Shown here piece by piece: positions 44,526 through 53,079 of a DNA stretch of 64,000 bases (its first letter is position 1; each line of letters begins with the position of its first letter). The stretch spans positions 5,540-69,539 of the forward strand of contig CAZNDQ010000001.1 of the NCBI GenBank assembly GCA_964571825.1, read 5' to 3'. This stretch comes from an uncultured Planctomycetales bacterium. GTDB lineage: Bacteria > Planctomycetota > Phycisphaerae > UBA1845 > G020352895. The position numbers and the translations under genes were made by a program. Under the pieces are notes generated by a model. That model saw only the letters and a program-made list of their open reading frames with translations, made no database searches and was not told where the DNA came from.

Positions 44526-44702
44526 TCAAAGTACGACCCACACCAGCAGCGCCGCGGTCAGCGCGTGCAGCACCGACCACGCCGCGAAGGGCCACGCGCC
44601 GTACACCGACGCGATGACGAGCCACACCAGCGATGCCGTCGCGTTGGCGAACAGGCCGGCAATGAGGATGGGTCGCGCGTCGGGTGGCGGGAGTGCGGTC
44701 AT
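44526..44702 (-). CDS. small 2-TM membrane protein
   Basis: ATG at 44702 lies 9 nt after the hexamer of a class II variant. Confidence 0.4.
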   Translation of the reverse strand: MTALPPPDARPILIAGLFANATASLVWLVIASVYGAWPFAAWSVLHALTAALLVWVVL

Positions 44703-44709
44703 TGTGTCA

Positions 44710-44726
44710 GCCACATAGCACGACGC
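44710..44726 (-). promoter_or_regulatory. class II variant GCGTCGTGCTATGTGGC (15/17)
   Basis: Two substitutions, same orientation and context. Confidence 0.5.
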
Positions 44727-44760
44727 ATATGGCCACCATTCCGCTGCAACCGTGGCCGAA

Positions 44761-46194
44761 TCACGCCGCAAGCGCATCCGCCTGCTCGCGCTGCGCTTTC
44801 GCCTCGGCGATGTCCTCGCGCAGCCGCTTGGCGTTTTCGTCGAACCGCGCCCACTCGCTCCGCGGCAGCCGCGGCGTCGCGCGCAGCTGCTCGATGTAGT
44901 GCAGCGCTTCCTCTTGGCGACCGAGCCGCGCGAGCGCCCCGATCAGCTCATCGAAGGCACGCCACTGATACACCGGCTCGTGCACCATCAGTGCGTCTTG
45001 CGGCATCTGCATCTGTGCCGCGCGGCGCGCGAACAACTCGGCCAGCGCATAGTCGCCCGAGTCGTTGCAGATGACCGCGCATGCCCACAGCGGCTCGGCG
45101 CGTCGCGGGCGCATCTGGTACGCCTCGAGGTAGTTGCACAGCGCAGCGCGCCGGTCCGCGTCGGTCCGATTCGCGCGCTTGCCGTCCTTCTCGCCGGTCT
45201 CGCCGCCGCTCGCCTTGTAGTCGAACAGCGCGGCGCGCATCCACGCGGCGTAGTACCGCTCTTCTGGCCAGCCACCGAGCGACACGCGCTTGTCGAACGC
45301 GTCGATCGCCTCGTCGATGCACAACGCACCGGCGAGCGCCTGGCCGAGGTAGTACCAATGACGCGGGTTGTTCGGCTCGCGCTCCACCATGCCGCGCAGC
45401 ACCTCGGCGTCGCGGAGGTACTTGTCGCGGCCCTGGTCGTTGCGGTGCGAGTCGTTGTGGCTCAGCACCTCCAGCGGCAGACACGGCGGGGGCAGCAGTG
45501 GCATGCCCTTGGGTAGCGTCAATACCTCGTGTAGCTCGTACACGTAGTGCCAAGGCAACGCGGCGCGCACCAGCACGCGGCGTACCCAGACGCCGTCGTG
45601 GTCCGTCATGCGCAGGCGGATCGAGTACGCGTCCGCGGTGAGCGGTTGCGGGTCGCCTGGATTGGCCACGTCTTCGCAACCGACGTGGCCAAAAGTGACG
45701 CCGTCCGGTCCGGTCAGTTCCTCGTCAGCGTCGATGACGAACAGGTAGCCGGTGGCGTCACCTCCGTCGCGGGCCAGAACCTCGCGACCCAGATCGAGCG
45801 ACTGGTTTCGGTTGGTGGAGAAGTCGACCCACTCCCGTTCGATCAACTCGCCGGGCATGTCAGCCATCATCTCGCGGACGATGTCCTGCGTGCCGTCGGT
45901 GCTGCCCGTGTCCACGATCGCCCAGTGCGTCACGTGCGGGCGCACGGTGCGGAGGCATCGTTCGATGACCTTCGCCTCGTTGCGGACGATCATGCAGAGG
46001 CATACCGGCGTGCGTGGCGAGTCCGCGTGCGGTTGCTGACCGTTGCTGTCAGCTGGTGAGCGCGAAACGTTACCGTTGGTGTAACTTTGCGCGCGTCGGG
46101 CAACCGCGTGCTCGGGCAGGATGTACCCGTGCGCGATGAGCCAGAAGCGCAGCCACGCGACGAGGCGCGACCAGGCGCGGATGATTCGGTCCAT
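44761..46194 (-). CDS. GT2-family glycosyltransferase with C-terminal TPR-like repeats (paralogue A)
   Basis: CLCMIVRNEAKVIERCL..IVDTGSTDGT..DADE motifs. C-terminal WYYLGQALAG-type helical repeats. ATG after GGGAGGG. Confidence 0.75.
   Translation of the reverse strand: MDRIIRAWSRLVAWLRFWLIAHGYILPEHAVARRAQSYTNGNVSRSPADSNGQQPHADSPRTPVCLCMIVRNEAKVIERCLRTVRPHVTHWAIVDTGSTDGTQDIVREMMADMPGELIEREWVDFSTNRNQSLDLGREVLARDGGDATGYLFVIDADEELTGPDGVTFGHVGCEDVANPGDPQPLTADAYSIRLRMTDHDGVWVRRVLVRAALPWHYVYELHEVLTLPKGMPLLPPPCLPLEVLSHNDSHRNDQGRDKYLRDAEVLRGMVEREPNNPRHWYYLGQALAGALCIDEAIDAFDKRVSLGGWPEERYYAAWMRAALFDYKASGGETGEKDGKRANRTDADRRAALCNYLEAYQMRPRRAEPLWACAVICNDSGDYALAELFARRAAQMQMPQDALMVHEPVYQWRAFDELIGALARLGRQEEALHYIEQLRATPRLPRSEWARFDENAKRLREDIAEAKAQREQADALAA
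45847..45936. repeat. 90-bp segment identical to 51112..51201
   Basis: Base-by-base identity read directly. Encodes VTHWAIVDTGSTDGTQDIVREMMADMPGEL. Confidence 0.9.
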
Positions 46195-46321
46195 CACTGC
46201 CCTCCCAGGCGATGGTGAGATGTGTCCCGCCGCGCTAGCTAGGCGCATTGGCTTTCGGCGACCCGTGGCTACCCATTGAGTCGCTCATGCGGGCCGGACC
46301 AGCCCGGGTAGTTGTGTTGCG

Positions 46322-46642
46322 CTACGTCGCCGGGTTTCCGCCGCCGACCTGCCAGCCGCGCAGCGTGGCGATCACTTCCATGCCGGTCGCGCTCGCCTCC
46401 AGCCGGATGTGGCTGATCGCTTCGGGGATCTCGACGCACGTCGCAGCGGCAAGGCTGATCGCCGTGCCGTGGTCGATGTACGTCGTACCGTCTGCGCTGA
46501 TCTCGACGTCGAGCGTGCCGCTGTTGAATGTGCCGGTCAGCGTGAGCCACTTGTCGGCCATGTCGCCGCAGAACATTGCGGTACCGTCAGCCGGCGTCGC
46601 CGGGCACGCCAAGCGGCGGAAGATGTAGCCTCGATCGCTCAT
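46322..46642 (-). CDS. hypothetical head-module protein
   Basis: Position only. Confidence 0.4.
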   Translation of the reverse strand: MSDRGYIFRRLACPATPADGTAMFCGDMADKWLTLTGTFNSGTLDVEISADGTTYIDHGTAISLAAATCVEIPEAISHIRLEASATGMEVIATLRGWQVGGGNPAT

Positions 46643-46654
46643 TGTGCCTCGCTG

Positions 46655-47290
46655 TCAATACAGCGCGATTGCGCCGCCGCCCATTCCGCCGCCGGCCTGT
46701 CGGCCGAGCCACCATTCGTAGATCCCGCAGAGCTTTGCGAGTTCACCGCGCCAGTACTGCCGCGCGTCGACCAGCTGCGCGAAACGCGTCTGCGACGATG
46801 CGCTGCTGCCGGCCGGGTAGAACTCGATCTCATCGACGCGCTTCAGCCCGGCGCCCTGTACACCGCTGCCGCCCCCGCCAAGCTCGTCGGCGATGAGTTG
46901 CAGTTGGCGGAGCGCATTGCGCACGTGCGACTCGCCAGCTTCGACCACAACGGGGTACGTGCCGCTGTGCGCCTTCTGCAGCAACACGGTCAGCGACGTG
47001 CCGCTGATGCTCTGCACGCTGCAAAGCTCCTGGCGTGCATCGACGTCTACAACGACGCGGTCAAACGCCGCGAAGCCCGTACCTGACGCGAGCGTCAGCG
47101 TGACGGGCGTCGGTGCCGACGCTGCGGTGACAGCGGTGCTCGACGTGGTCGATGCGCCCGCCGTCATGTACTGCTGAATCACCGACGTGAAAACGGAATG
47201 CACGCCAATGAATGGCTCGGCACCCACCTCCAGCAGATTCACGCCAAGCTCGGCGCGGATGCGAAGAACCTCGCTATCAGTGAGACTCAT
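46655..47290 (-). CDS. hypothetical head-module protein
   Basis: Position only. Confidence 0.4.
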   Translation of the reverse strand: MSLTDSEVLRIRAELGVNLLEVGAEPFIGVHSVFTSVIQQYMTAGASTTSSTAVTAASAPTPVTLTLASGTGFAAFDRVVVDVDARQELCSVQSISGTSLTVLLQKAHSGTYPVVVEAGESHVRNALRQLQLIADELGGGGSGVQGAGLKRVDEIEFYPAGSSASSQTRFAQLVDARQYWRGELAKLCGIYEWWLGRQAGGGMGGGAIALY

Positions 47291-47316
47291 GGCCGGCTAC
47301 CTCGCAGGCAACCGGC

Positions 47317-47730
47317 TCAGTGCTGGCGGTACTGATAGCCGATGGAGAACGTATCCGACGCCGTTCCGGTCACGACGCCGACCTCGATCGCCAGGCGCGC
47401 GTACTTGAAGCCCTCGATGCAACTTGGCGCAGGAATCACCTTGGTGACCGACGCGTCAGCGCCGTCCGTGCCAGTGGCGAGCACGACGGCCGCTGCGTTC
47501 TGCGACCCGTTGGCCACGTCGACCCAGGTCGTGGTGTCGTTGCTGGCCTGCCACTTCGCGGCGAGGGTGATCGTGTCGGTCTCGGCGTCGACCGTGACGA
47601 GTGCGCTGAGCGACTCGGCGCGCTGCTTGGAGCCACCGATCGTCACGTGGTTTCCGGTGACCGTTCCACCTGGCGCTACGCCAGTCGCGGTGCCGGTCTT
47701 GAGGTGTGCGTTATAGCGAAGAAAGCCCAT
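47317..47730 (-). CDS. hypothetical protein (decoration or head-associated position)
   Basis: Directly follows the capsid gene. Confidence 0.4.
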   Translation of the reverse strand: MGFLRYNAHLKTGTATGVAPGGTVTGNHVTIGGSKQRAESLSALVTVDAETDTITLAAKWQASNDTTTWVDVANGSQNAAAVVLATGTDGADASVTKVIPAPSCIEGFKYARLAIEVGVVTGTASDTFSIGYQYRQH

Positions 47731-47846
47731 CTTGTATCGGTGCCTCTGTCAGTGCGCGACTCGCGCGGTGTGGCGCACCAGGCGCCGAGAGATTGGGTGC
47801 CGACCGCCCGCGCCGTGACGCAACGGGCGGTCAGCTGCGCTCAGCA

Positions 47847-48932
47847 CTAGGCCGAGCTGCGAACGCTCAGCACGAAGCTGTTGTCGGCGAGGCCGAACGC
47901 GTGATCGGCGAGCCAGATCACCTTCGCGGTTTCGCCGTAGTTGTCGTCGGTCGACGCGGCGACGCGCGGCGCGCGACCCATGCCGGCGAGCAGCGCTCCG
48001 GGGGCGATCAGGTGACCGCGGTGCACGTTCACCGAGGAGCTGTTCGCCGGAGCGTTCAGCGTGGTCGCCTTGAACACGTGCATCTTGCTGATGCTGCCCA
48101 CGTAGGACGGGAACACGGCGTTGTACTGCGGATGCGCCTTGCCCCACTCGATGCCGTCCGAGTCGCCCTTGAGCTGACGCAGCTGCGTCGGGCTGAGCAC
48201 GAGCATGCGGAAGCCGTCGCCGAGCGTCGGCAGGTTCGCGTCGTCGGCCTGTTGCTCCGCTCTGAAGATCTGCTCCAGCGTCAGCGGGAACGATCCGACC
48301 GTGGTCGCATCGTTGTCAGCGCTCATGCCATCGGGGTAGACGGTGGTCGACGCGAGGTCGAGCAGCGCCACGTTCACGATGTCGAGGAACCGATCGTAGT
48401 CACGCCGCAGCTGGCTGCCGACGATCTTGCTTGCCTTGTGCACACCCATGTTGGCGTCGAACGCCTCGATTCCCATCGGGGCGACGCGGCTGTTCGCGCT
48501 GTCGTACGGGCCACCGTAGCGGAACAGCGTGAGGCTGGTCTGCTGCGCGGTCGGCTCGATCGCCGTGGTGCTGATCGAGGTGCCCGTCGCAATGCGGCGC
48601 GCGCTCTCGGTCGCCGTGGTGTTCTCGTATACCGGGCGATTGATGCGCACCGTGTTGCCGGGCGCCGCGTTGAAGTCGACCGTCGCGGCGATGATCTCGC
48701 TCGACAGCGGGCCGCTCAGCATCAGGCGATCCTGCTCGGCCGCGGCGTAGTCAGCGCCGACGCCGCCGACGCTGCGACCGGGGAGGCCCAGCTCCTCGGG
48801 GGTGTCGAGCGACGCCATCAGTGCCGACTTGAACAGCTGCGCGTAGAGGTACTGCGGCTCGGGCGCCGCAAGCAGCATGTCGCTGGTCTTGTCGTAGAAG
48901 CCCTCGGGCATCGAAACGCGGGAGTAAGACAT
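47847..48932 (-). CDS. major capsid protein
   Basis: 361 aa, after the scaffold-like gene. AAGGA SD. Size and position typical of HK97-fold MCPs. Confidence 0.65.
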   Translation of the reverse strand: MSYSRVSMPEGFYDKTSDMLLAAPEPQYLYAQLFKSALMASLDTPEELGLPGRSVGGVGADYAAAEQDRLMLSGPLSSEIIAATVDFNAAPGNTVRINRPVYENTTATESARRIATGTSISTTAIEPTAQQTSLTLFRYGGPYDSANSRVAPMGIEAFDANMGVHKASKIVGSQLRRDYDRFLDIVNVALLDLASTTVYPDGMSADNDATTVGSFPLTLEQIFRAEQQADDANLPTLGDGFRMLVLSPTQLRQLKGDSDGIEWGKAHPQYNAVFPSYVGSISKMHVFKATTLNAPANSSSVNVHRGHLIAPGALLAGMGRAPRVAASTDDNYGETAKVIWLADHAFGLADNSFVLSVRSSA

Positions 48933-49029
48933 GTGTCATCCTTCGCCGCGCGTATCGCTGCGGCGTAATCTGTCCGTTGACTTCCCGGGGCGCGCCAACA
49001 CCGCTATGCGGGAGGCGCAATGAAAGGCT

Positions 49030-49830
49030 CTACGCGGACTTCTCGTAGACCTTGGGGTTCGCCGCGGCATAAGCAGCAGCGGCAAACGGATTGGCCGACC
49101 TGGCGCGCTCGTACACCTCGCGGTGATTCGGCTCGCTGGTCGTGACAGCGCCGGCGGGTGCGCCGGGGCTGAGAGTCGTGTTGGCGGGTGCAGCGGGCGT
49201 CTGCGCCGCGGCCTGCTGTTGCGCGGTCACCGCAGCAGCTGCGACAGCAGCGGCCTGCGCCGCTTCCTTCGCCTTCTGCCACGTGGGCGCCAATGCGCCG
49301 ATCGTGCGGAGCTGCGCAGCGACATCGTCACCCGCAATCGCCTTGACCGCGGCCTGCTCGTCTTCGCTGAGCACGCCCATCATACGCGCGGCCTGCTCCG
49401 TCGCGACAGCCTCGAGCGCAGCAGCGCGGTCCTGTGCGGCTTTTGCTGCGGCGGCTTGCTCAGCGGCGCGCTGCTCGGCGGTCTTGCTCGCCTCGGCTGC
49501 CGCTTGTGCTGCGGCAATGGCCTGCTTTGCCGCTTCGACGTCGGTGATCCCAAGCTGCGAGAGCAGCTCGGCCTGCGCGGACTTCTTCGCCGTCTCCAGG
49601 CGCGGAGCAAGCCAGCGGGGGTCGCCTGGCTGCGGCTCTGCAGGCGGTTGCTGCTGAGCAGGTGCCGGCGGTGTCGGAGCGGTGGGCGGTGTGGCGGGCG
49701 CAGGTGGCGCGGACTGCGCCGGCTGAGCGGGCGCAGCCGTCTGCGCTGGTGCCACGGCTGGCGCGGTCGGGGTCGTGGGCGGTGCGGTGGGCGCAGGATT
49801 GCCCTGCGCAGCGGTCTCAGTACCAGACAT
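49030..49830 (-). CDS. scaffolding protein with Pro/Thr/Ala-rich N-terminus
   Basis: Ala/Gln/Glu-rich helical body directly upstream of the capsid gene. Confidence 0.55.
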   Translation of the reverse strand: MSGTETAAQGNPAPTAPPTTPTAPAVAPAQTAAPAQPAQSAPPAPATPPTAPTPPAPAQQQPPAEPQPGDPRWLAPRLETAKKSAQAELLSQLGITDVEAAKQAIAAAQAAAEASKTAEQRAAEQAAAAKAAQDRAAALEAVATEQAARMMGVLSEDEQAAVKAIAGDDVAAQLRTIGALAPTWQKAKEAAQAAAVAAAAVTAQQQAAAQTPAAPANTTLSPGAPAGAVTTSEPNHREVYERARSANPFAAAAYAAANPKVYEKSA

Positions 49831-49838
49831 TGCGTTCT

Positions 49839-49865
49839 CCGTTCGACCGATTAACGGGCGTCGTC
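49839..49865 (-). promoter_or_regulatory. conserved leader element (copy S), shared with 56590..56615
   Basis: GACGACGCCCGTTAATCGGTCGAAC, with hairpin CCGTT/AACGG, just before the scaffold ATG. Confidence 0.5.
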
Positions 49866-49896
49866 CCCTGGGGAGATGTTGTGTTGGTTCGACGCG

Positions 49897-50154
49897 CTAC
49901 GCGTCGGTCACGATCGCCATCACGCTCCACTTGTCGACGAACGTGCGGTATGGCTGAAAGCTCATCTCTGCCTTGGCCCGCTCCTCCTCGGGAAGGCACC
50001 ACTCACTGACAAGCACGGCGTCGCCGCGCTTTACGCCCTTTGCTTCTGGCCCAACGGCGAGCACCTCAGCAAGCAGCCCACCCGGCGAGTCTTCGCGGAT
50101 CTTGTTCTCCACGATCTCGACATCGACGTGGCTGCCCATTGGCTTCGTCTTCAT
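49897..50154 (-). CDS. GroES/Cpn10-like protein
   Basis: KPMGSHVDVEIVE..GGLL..AEVLAVGPEAKGVKRGDAVLV..VMAIVTDA is co-linear with the GroES pattern, with a short mobile loop. Confidence 0.5.
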   Translation of the reverse strand: MKTKPMGSHVDVEIVENKIREDSPGGLLAEVLAVGPEAKGVKRGDAVLVSEWCLPEEERAKAEMSFQPYRTFVDKWSVMAIVTDA

Positions 50155-50160
50155 TGGTCC

Positions 50161-51297
50161 CTATGCAGCGGCTCGCGCCGCGTCGTTCTGTGCCGCCAGC
50201 CCACGCATGTATGCGAGGTTGTCCGCCATGCGCTGGCGATGCTCTGCGGGAATGCTTGGGTGCGTGGCGAGCGGTGCGTAGATACGCAGCGCCTCGTCAA
50301 TGCGCCCGAGGTTCGTCAGCGCGCCGCACAGTTCCTCGGCGGCGCGGTAGTGGTAGACGCTGCCGTACACAGGCAACGAGTCGGTGGGTCGCCTCAGTCG
50401 ACACGCAGCGCGTGCCCACACCTCGGCGAGGGCGTGTCGCCCTGCGTTGGCGTGCAGCACCGCAATGGCCCAGCACGGCTCGGCTCGCGTCGGGCGGGCC
50501 TCATAGGCGCGCTCGTAGGCGGCAATGACCTCGGCGTCGTCGCGGCCGAGAAACTCCAACAGGCGCGCCGTCTCGTAGTGCGAGTGGAAGACCTCTTCGT
50601 CGAAGCCGCCCTCCATCTGCACGCGCCGCGCAAACGCATGCAGCGCCGCGTCGTACTGCTGCGCGCCGGCAAGCGCCTGCGCGAGGTAGTACCAGTGTCG
50701 CGGGTTGTGCGGGTCGTCGGCGATCTCAGCACGCAACAACTCGGCGTAGCGCGCACACTTCGCCTTATCGTCCTCCGACGAGTGACCGTCGGCGTGGTTG
50801 CGCAGCCGGAAGCCCTCGACGATGCGGTGCGGACCGTCCTGTCCCGGGCACGCCACGACCTCGTGGATGCGACCGACGTAGCGCCACGGAAGGTCCAGCC
50901 TGATCAGCGTCAGCCGATACCAGCGTTGATCTTCCATCTCCAGCGGGATGGCGTACGCCGCCTCGGTCAGCTCAGGCAGCGTTGCGCCGTCGTCTGCCTC
51001 CAGCACCTCGTCGGCGTCGATGCACAGCGCGTAGTCGGCGCCCATGTCGCGCGCCATCGTCAGCGCGCGGTTGCGTGCCGAGCTGAAGTCGCGAAACTCC
51101 ACCTCGGCAAGCTCGCCGGGCATGTCAGCCATCATCTCGCGGACGATGTCCTGCGTGCCGTCGGTGCTGCCCGTGTCCACGATCGCCCAGTGCGTCACGT
51201 GTGGCAGCACCGAATCGAGACAGCGCGCAATGACACGCGCCTCGTTGCGCACGATGAGACACGCGCAGACGCGCGGTGACGTGTTCCCTCCCGTCAC
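50161..51297 (-). CDS. GT2-family glycosyltransferase with C-terminal TPR-like repeats (paralogue B)
   Basis: CACLIVRNEARVIARCL..IVDTGSTDGT..DADE. WYYLAQALAG repeats. Confidence 0.75.
   Translation of the reverse strand: MTGGNTSPRVCACLIVRNEARVIARCLDSVLPHVTHWAIVDTGSTDGTQDIVREMMADMPGELAEVEFRDFSSARNRALTMARDMGADYALCIDADEVLEADDGATLPELTEAAYAIPLEMEDQRWYRLTLIRLDLPWRYVGRIHEVVACPGQDGPHRIVEGFRLRNHADGHSSEDDKAKCARYAELLRAEIADDPHNPRHWYYLAQALAGAQQYDAALHAFARRVQMEGGFDEEVFHSHYETARLLEFLGRDDAEVIAAYERAYEARPTRAEPCWAIAVLHANAGRHALAEVWARAACRLRRPTDSLPVYGSVYHYRAAEELCGALTNLGRIDEALRIYAPLATHPSIPAEHRQRMADNLAYMRGLAAQNDAARAAA
51112..51201. repeat. 90-bp segment identical to 45847..45936
   Basis: Direct repeat, same orientation, 5.26 kb apart. 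Confidence 0.9.
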
Positions 51298-51304
51298 GCG
51301 CTCT

Positions 51305-51682
51305 CTACGCCTCGTCGCAGCTGACGATCAGCTGGACGTCCTCGCTGGTCGACGCGAGGTTCAGGTCAGCGCCGGTCGACGTGACCAGGTCGAACGTGAG
51401 GTCGTCCGAGGACACGGCGAGGGACCCGCCGGCATAGACGTCGGCGCCCGCGTCGGTGAGACCAGGCTGGCCACCGCAACAGCTGCGGAGCGTCACGGTC
51501 TTGCCGTTCTTGGTTGCCGCGGCAATGGACGCGCCAACGGCCTCCAGCGCGACGGTGTCCGCCGAGCCGGTGAACGCATCGGACCAGCTCGCGCCGATCG
51601 CGTAGGTCTTGCGGTTGCCGCGGCCCGATGGCGACGCAGCGATGAGATTGATTGAGGTAACAGTGCCAGTGACAACGGCCAT
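51305..51682 (-). CDS. hypothetical protein
   Basis: 125-aa ORF in the head module. Confidence 0.4.
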   Translation of the reverse strand: MAVVTGTVTSINLIAASPSGRGNRKTYAIGASWSDAFTGSADTVALEAVGASIAAATKNGKTVTLRSCCGGQPGLTDAGADVYAGGSLAVSSDDLTFDLVTSTGADLNLASTSEDVQLIVSCDEA

Positions 51683-51712
51683 GTGATGCTCCGGTGGTGG
51701 CGCTCAGCGCGC

Positions 51713-52102
51713 CTATGCGATGCGCCGCACTGGCGCGGTAGTGGTCTTGTTCTCTGCGGCAGCGATGAGCCGATCTAGCTCGGCAAGCTCCGCCTTGAGT
51801 TGCTCGTGGCGCTTCAGCTCGCGCCGGATCGCTTTGCGCCGCGCCCTGGCGGCCTTGAGCACGCCGCGCGGGCCGAGACCGTCAAGCGGCGCCTCGGCGG
51901 TGGCGGGCTTCGCCGCTGACCGCACAGCGGCCGCCGGGGGCGCCACACTCGGCAGCTGCAGCTGAGGCGAGCCGCCCTGCGCTCCGCTCATGGCGTGCAA
52001 TTGCGCAATGAGCGCCCCGCCCGGGACGACGTCGTCCGGTGCGGGCGCTGGGTCACTGAGCGGCACGATGCCGCCAGTGGTCATCTGGAACGCCTGGCCC
52101 AC
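51713..52102 (-). CDS. hypothetical protein
   Basis: 129-aa ORF with a C-terminal basic coiled segment. Confidence 0.4.
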   Translation of the reverse strand: MGQAFQMTTGGIVPLSDPAPAPDDVVPGGALIAQLHAMSGAQGGSPQLQLPSVAPPAAAVRSAAKPATAEAPLDGLGPRGVLKAARARRKAIRRELKRHEQLKAELAELDRLIAAAENKTTTAPVRRIA

Positions 52103-52105
52103 GCG

Positions 52106-52375
52106 CTACTTGCGACCGCGCTTGTTGCGCTTCGGTGCGTCAGCCGCACTCGCCGTATGCGCGTCGGGTGACGCAGACGCGTCGCCATCCGCAGGGCTGT
52201 TCGCAGAAGCGGCATCGTCCGCTGCAGATGGCGAGGACATGTCCAGGGCCGTCACCGGCGCGGCGTCGCGCTTCGGTGCGCTGCCGACACATGCGCCCCA
52301 CGACGCCTCGCCGCAGCGCGGACAGGTGGGCGCCGCGTCGTCGTTTTCGTGATGGCAGATGAGGCAGGGTTTCAT
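52106..52375 (-). CDS. zinc-ribbon protein with acidic/Ala-rich tail
   Basis: MKPCLICHHEN..CPRCG. ATGA overlap with the upstream gene. Confidence 0.4.
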   Translation of the reverse strand: MKPCLICHHENDDAAPTCPRCGEASWGACVGSAPKRDAAPVTALDMSSPSAADDAASANSPADGDASASPDAHTASAADAPKRNKRGRK

Positions 52376-53079
52376 AGCTCCGACTTTCGGACGATGACCA
52401 GTGTGTCCATGCAGCGACAGTTGGGATGCACGGCACCGGGCTCGCCATCTGGCCACGTGTCGTCTGCCGCGATGATCTCGTCGTCGTAACCTCTGCAGAC
52501 CTTGCAGGAGTCCAGCGCGGCGAACCACTTGCGGGCAACAACCAGCGCATCTGCGCGGTCCGGGTTGGCCTTGGCGACTGCGTCGGCCACCTTCGCCGCG
52601 GCCTGCGAGCGCACAGCGGAGAACGACAGCGCGTTCTCGGTGGCGACGGTAGACGCTAGACCGCGACGGATGGCGCGCGACGCCACGATCCGCGGTGACG
52701 AAGTCCCCGTCGCCTTGGCTGCGACGCGCTGCGCCTCCCAGCGCTTGGCGACGCGCTTACCGATGCGCTCGGCGTGGCGGCGATCTGCGGCGCGCTCCTT
52801 GGTGAACGCGTCGAATGCCGGAAGCGTCGGCTGTACGAGCTTGGCAGCAATGAGCGCCGCGGTCAGCTCGCGCTTCATCGCCCGCAGCGATACGCGTCTG
52901 GCGCGTCGTCGTGCGAGCAAGATCGCAGCGGCTACGGCAGCGGCGACTTTTGCCTCGTTGCCGTTGCGCGCGGCGCTATTCGTCGTCCGCTGCGCCTCGG
53001 TCTGACTCGTCCGCTCCGCCGCGAGCAGATCCGCCGCGCTTTGCAGGTGCGCCCTCGTCACCGTCCTCGGCGTCGGCAT
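52372..53079 (-). CDS. head morphogenesis protein (Mu F / SPP1 gp7-like)
   Basis: C-terminal VHPNCRC motif. Follows the portal gene. The start may lie downstream of 53079 because of a 104-nt overlap. Confidence 0.6.
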   Translation of the reverse strand: MPTPRTVTRAHLQSAADLLAAERTSQTEAQRTTNSAARNGNEAKVAAAVAAAILLARRRARRVSLRAMKRELTAALIAAKLVQPTLPAFDAFTKERAADRRHAERIGKRVAKRWEAQRVAAKATGTSSPRIVASRAIRRGLASTVATENALSFSAVRSQAAAKVADAVAKANPDRADALVVARKWFAALDSCKVCRGYDDEIIAADDTWPDGEPGAVHPNCRCMDTLVIVRKSEL

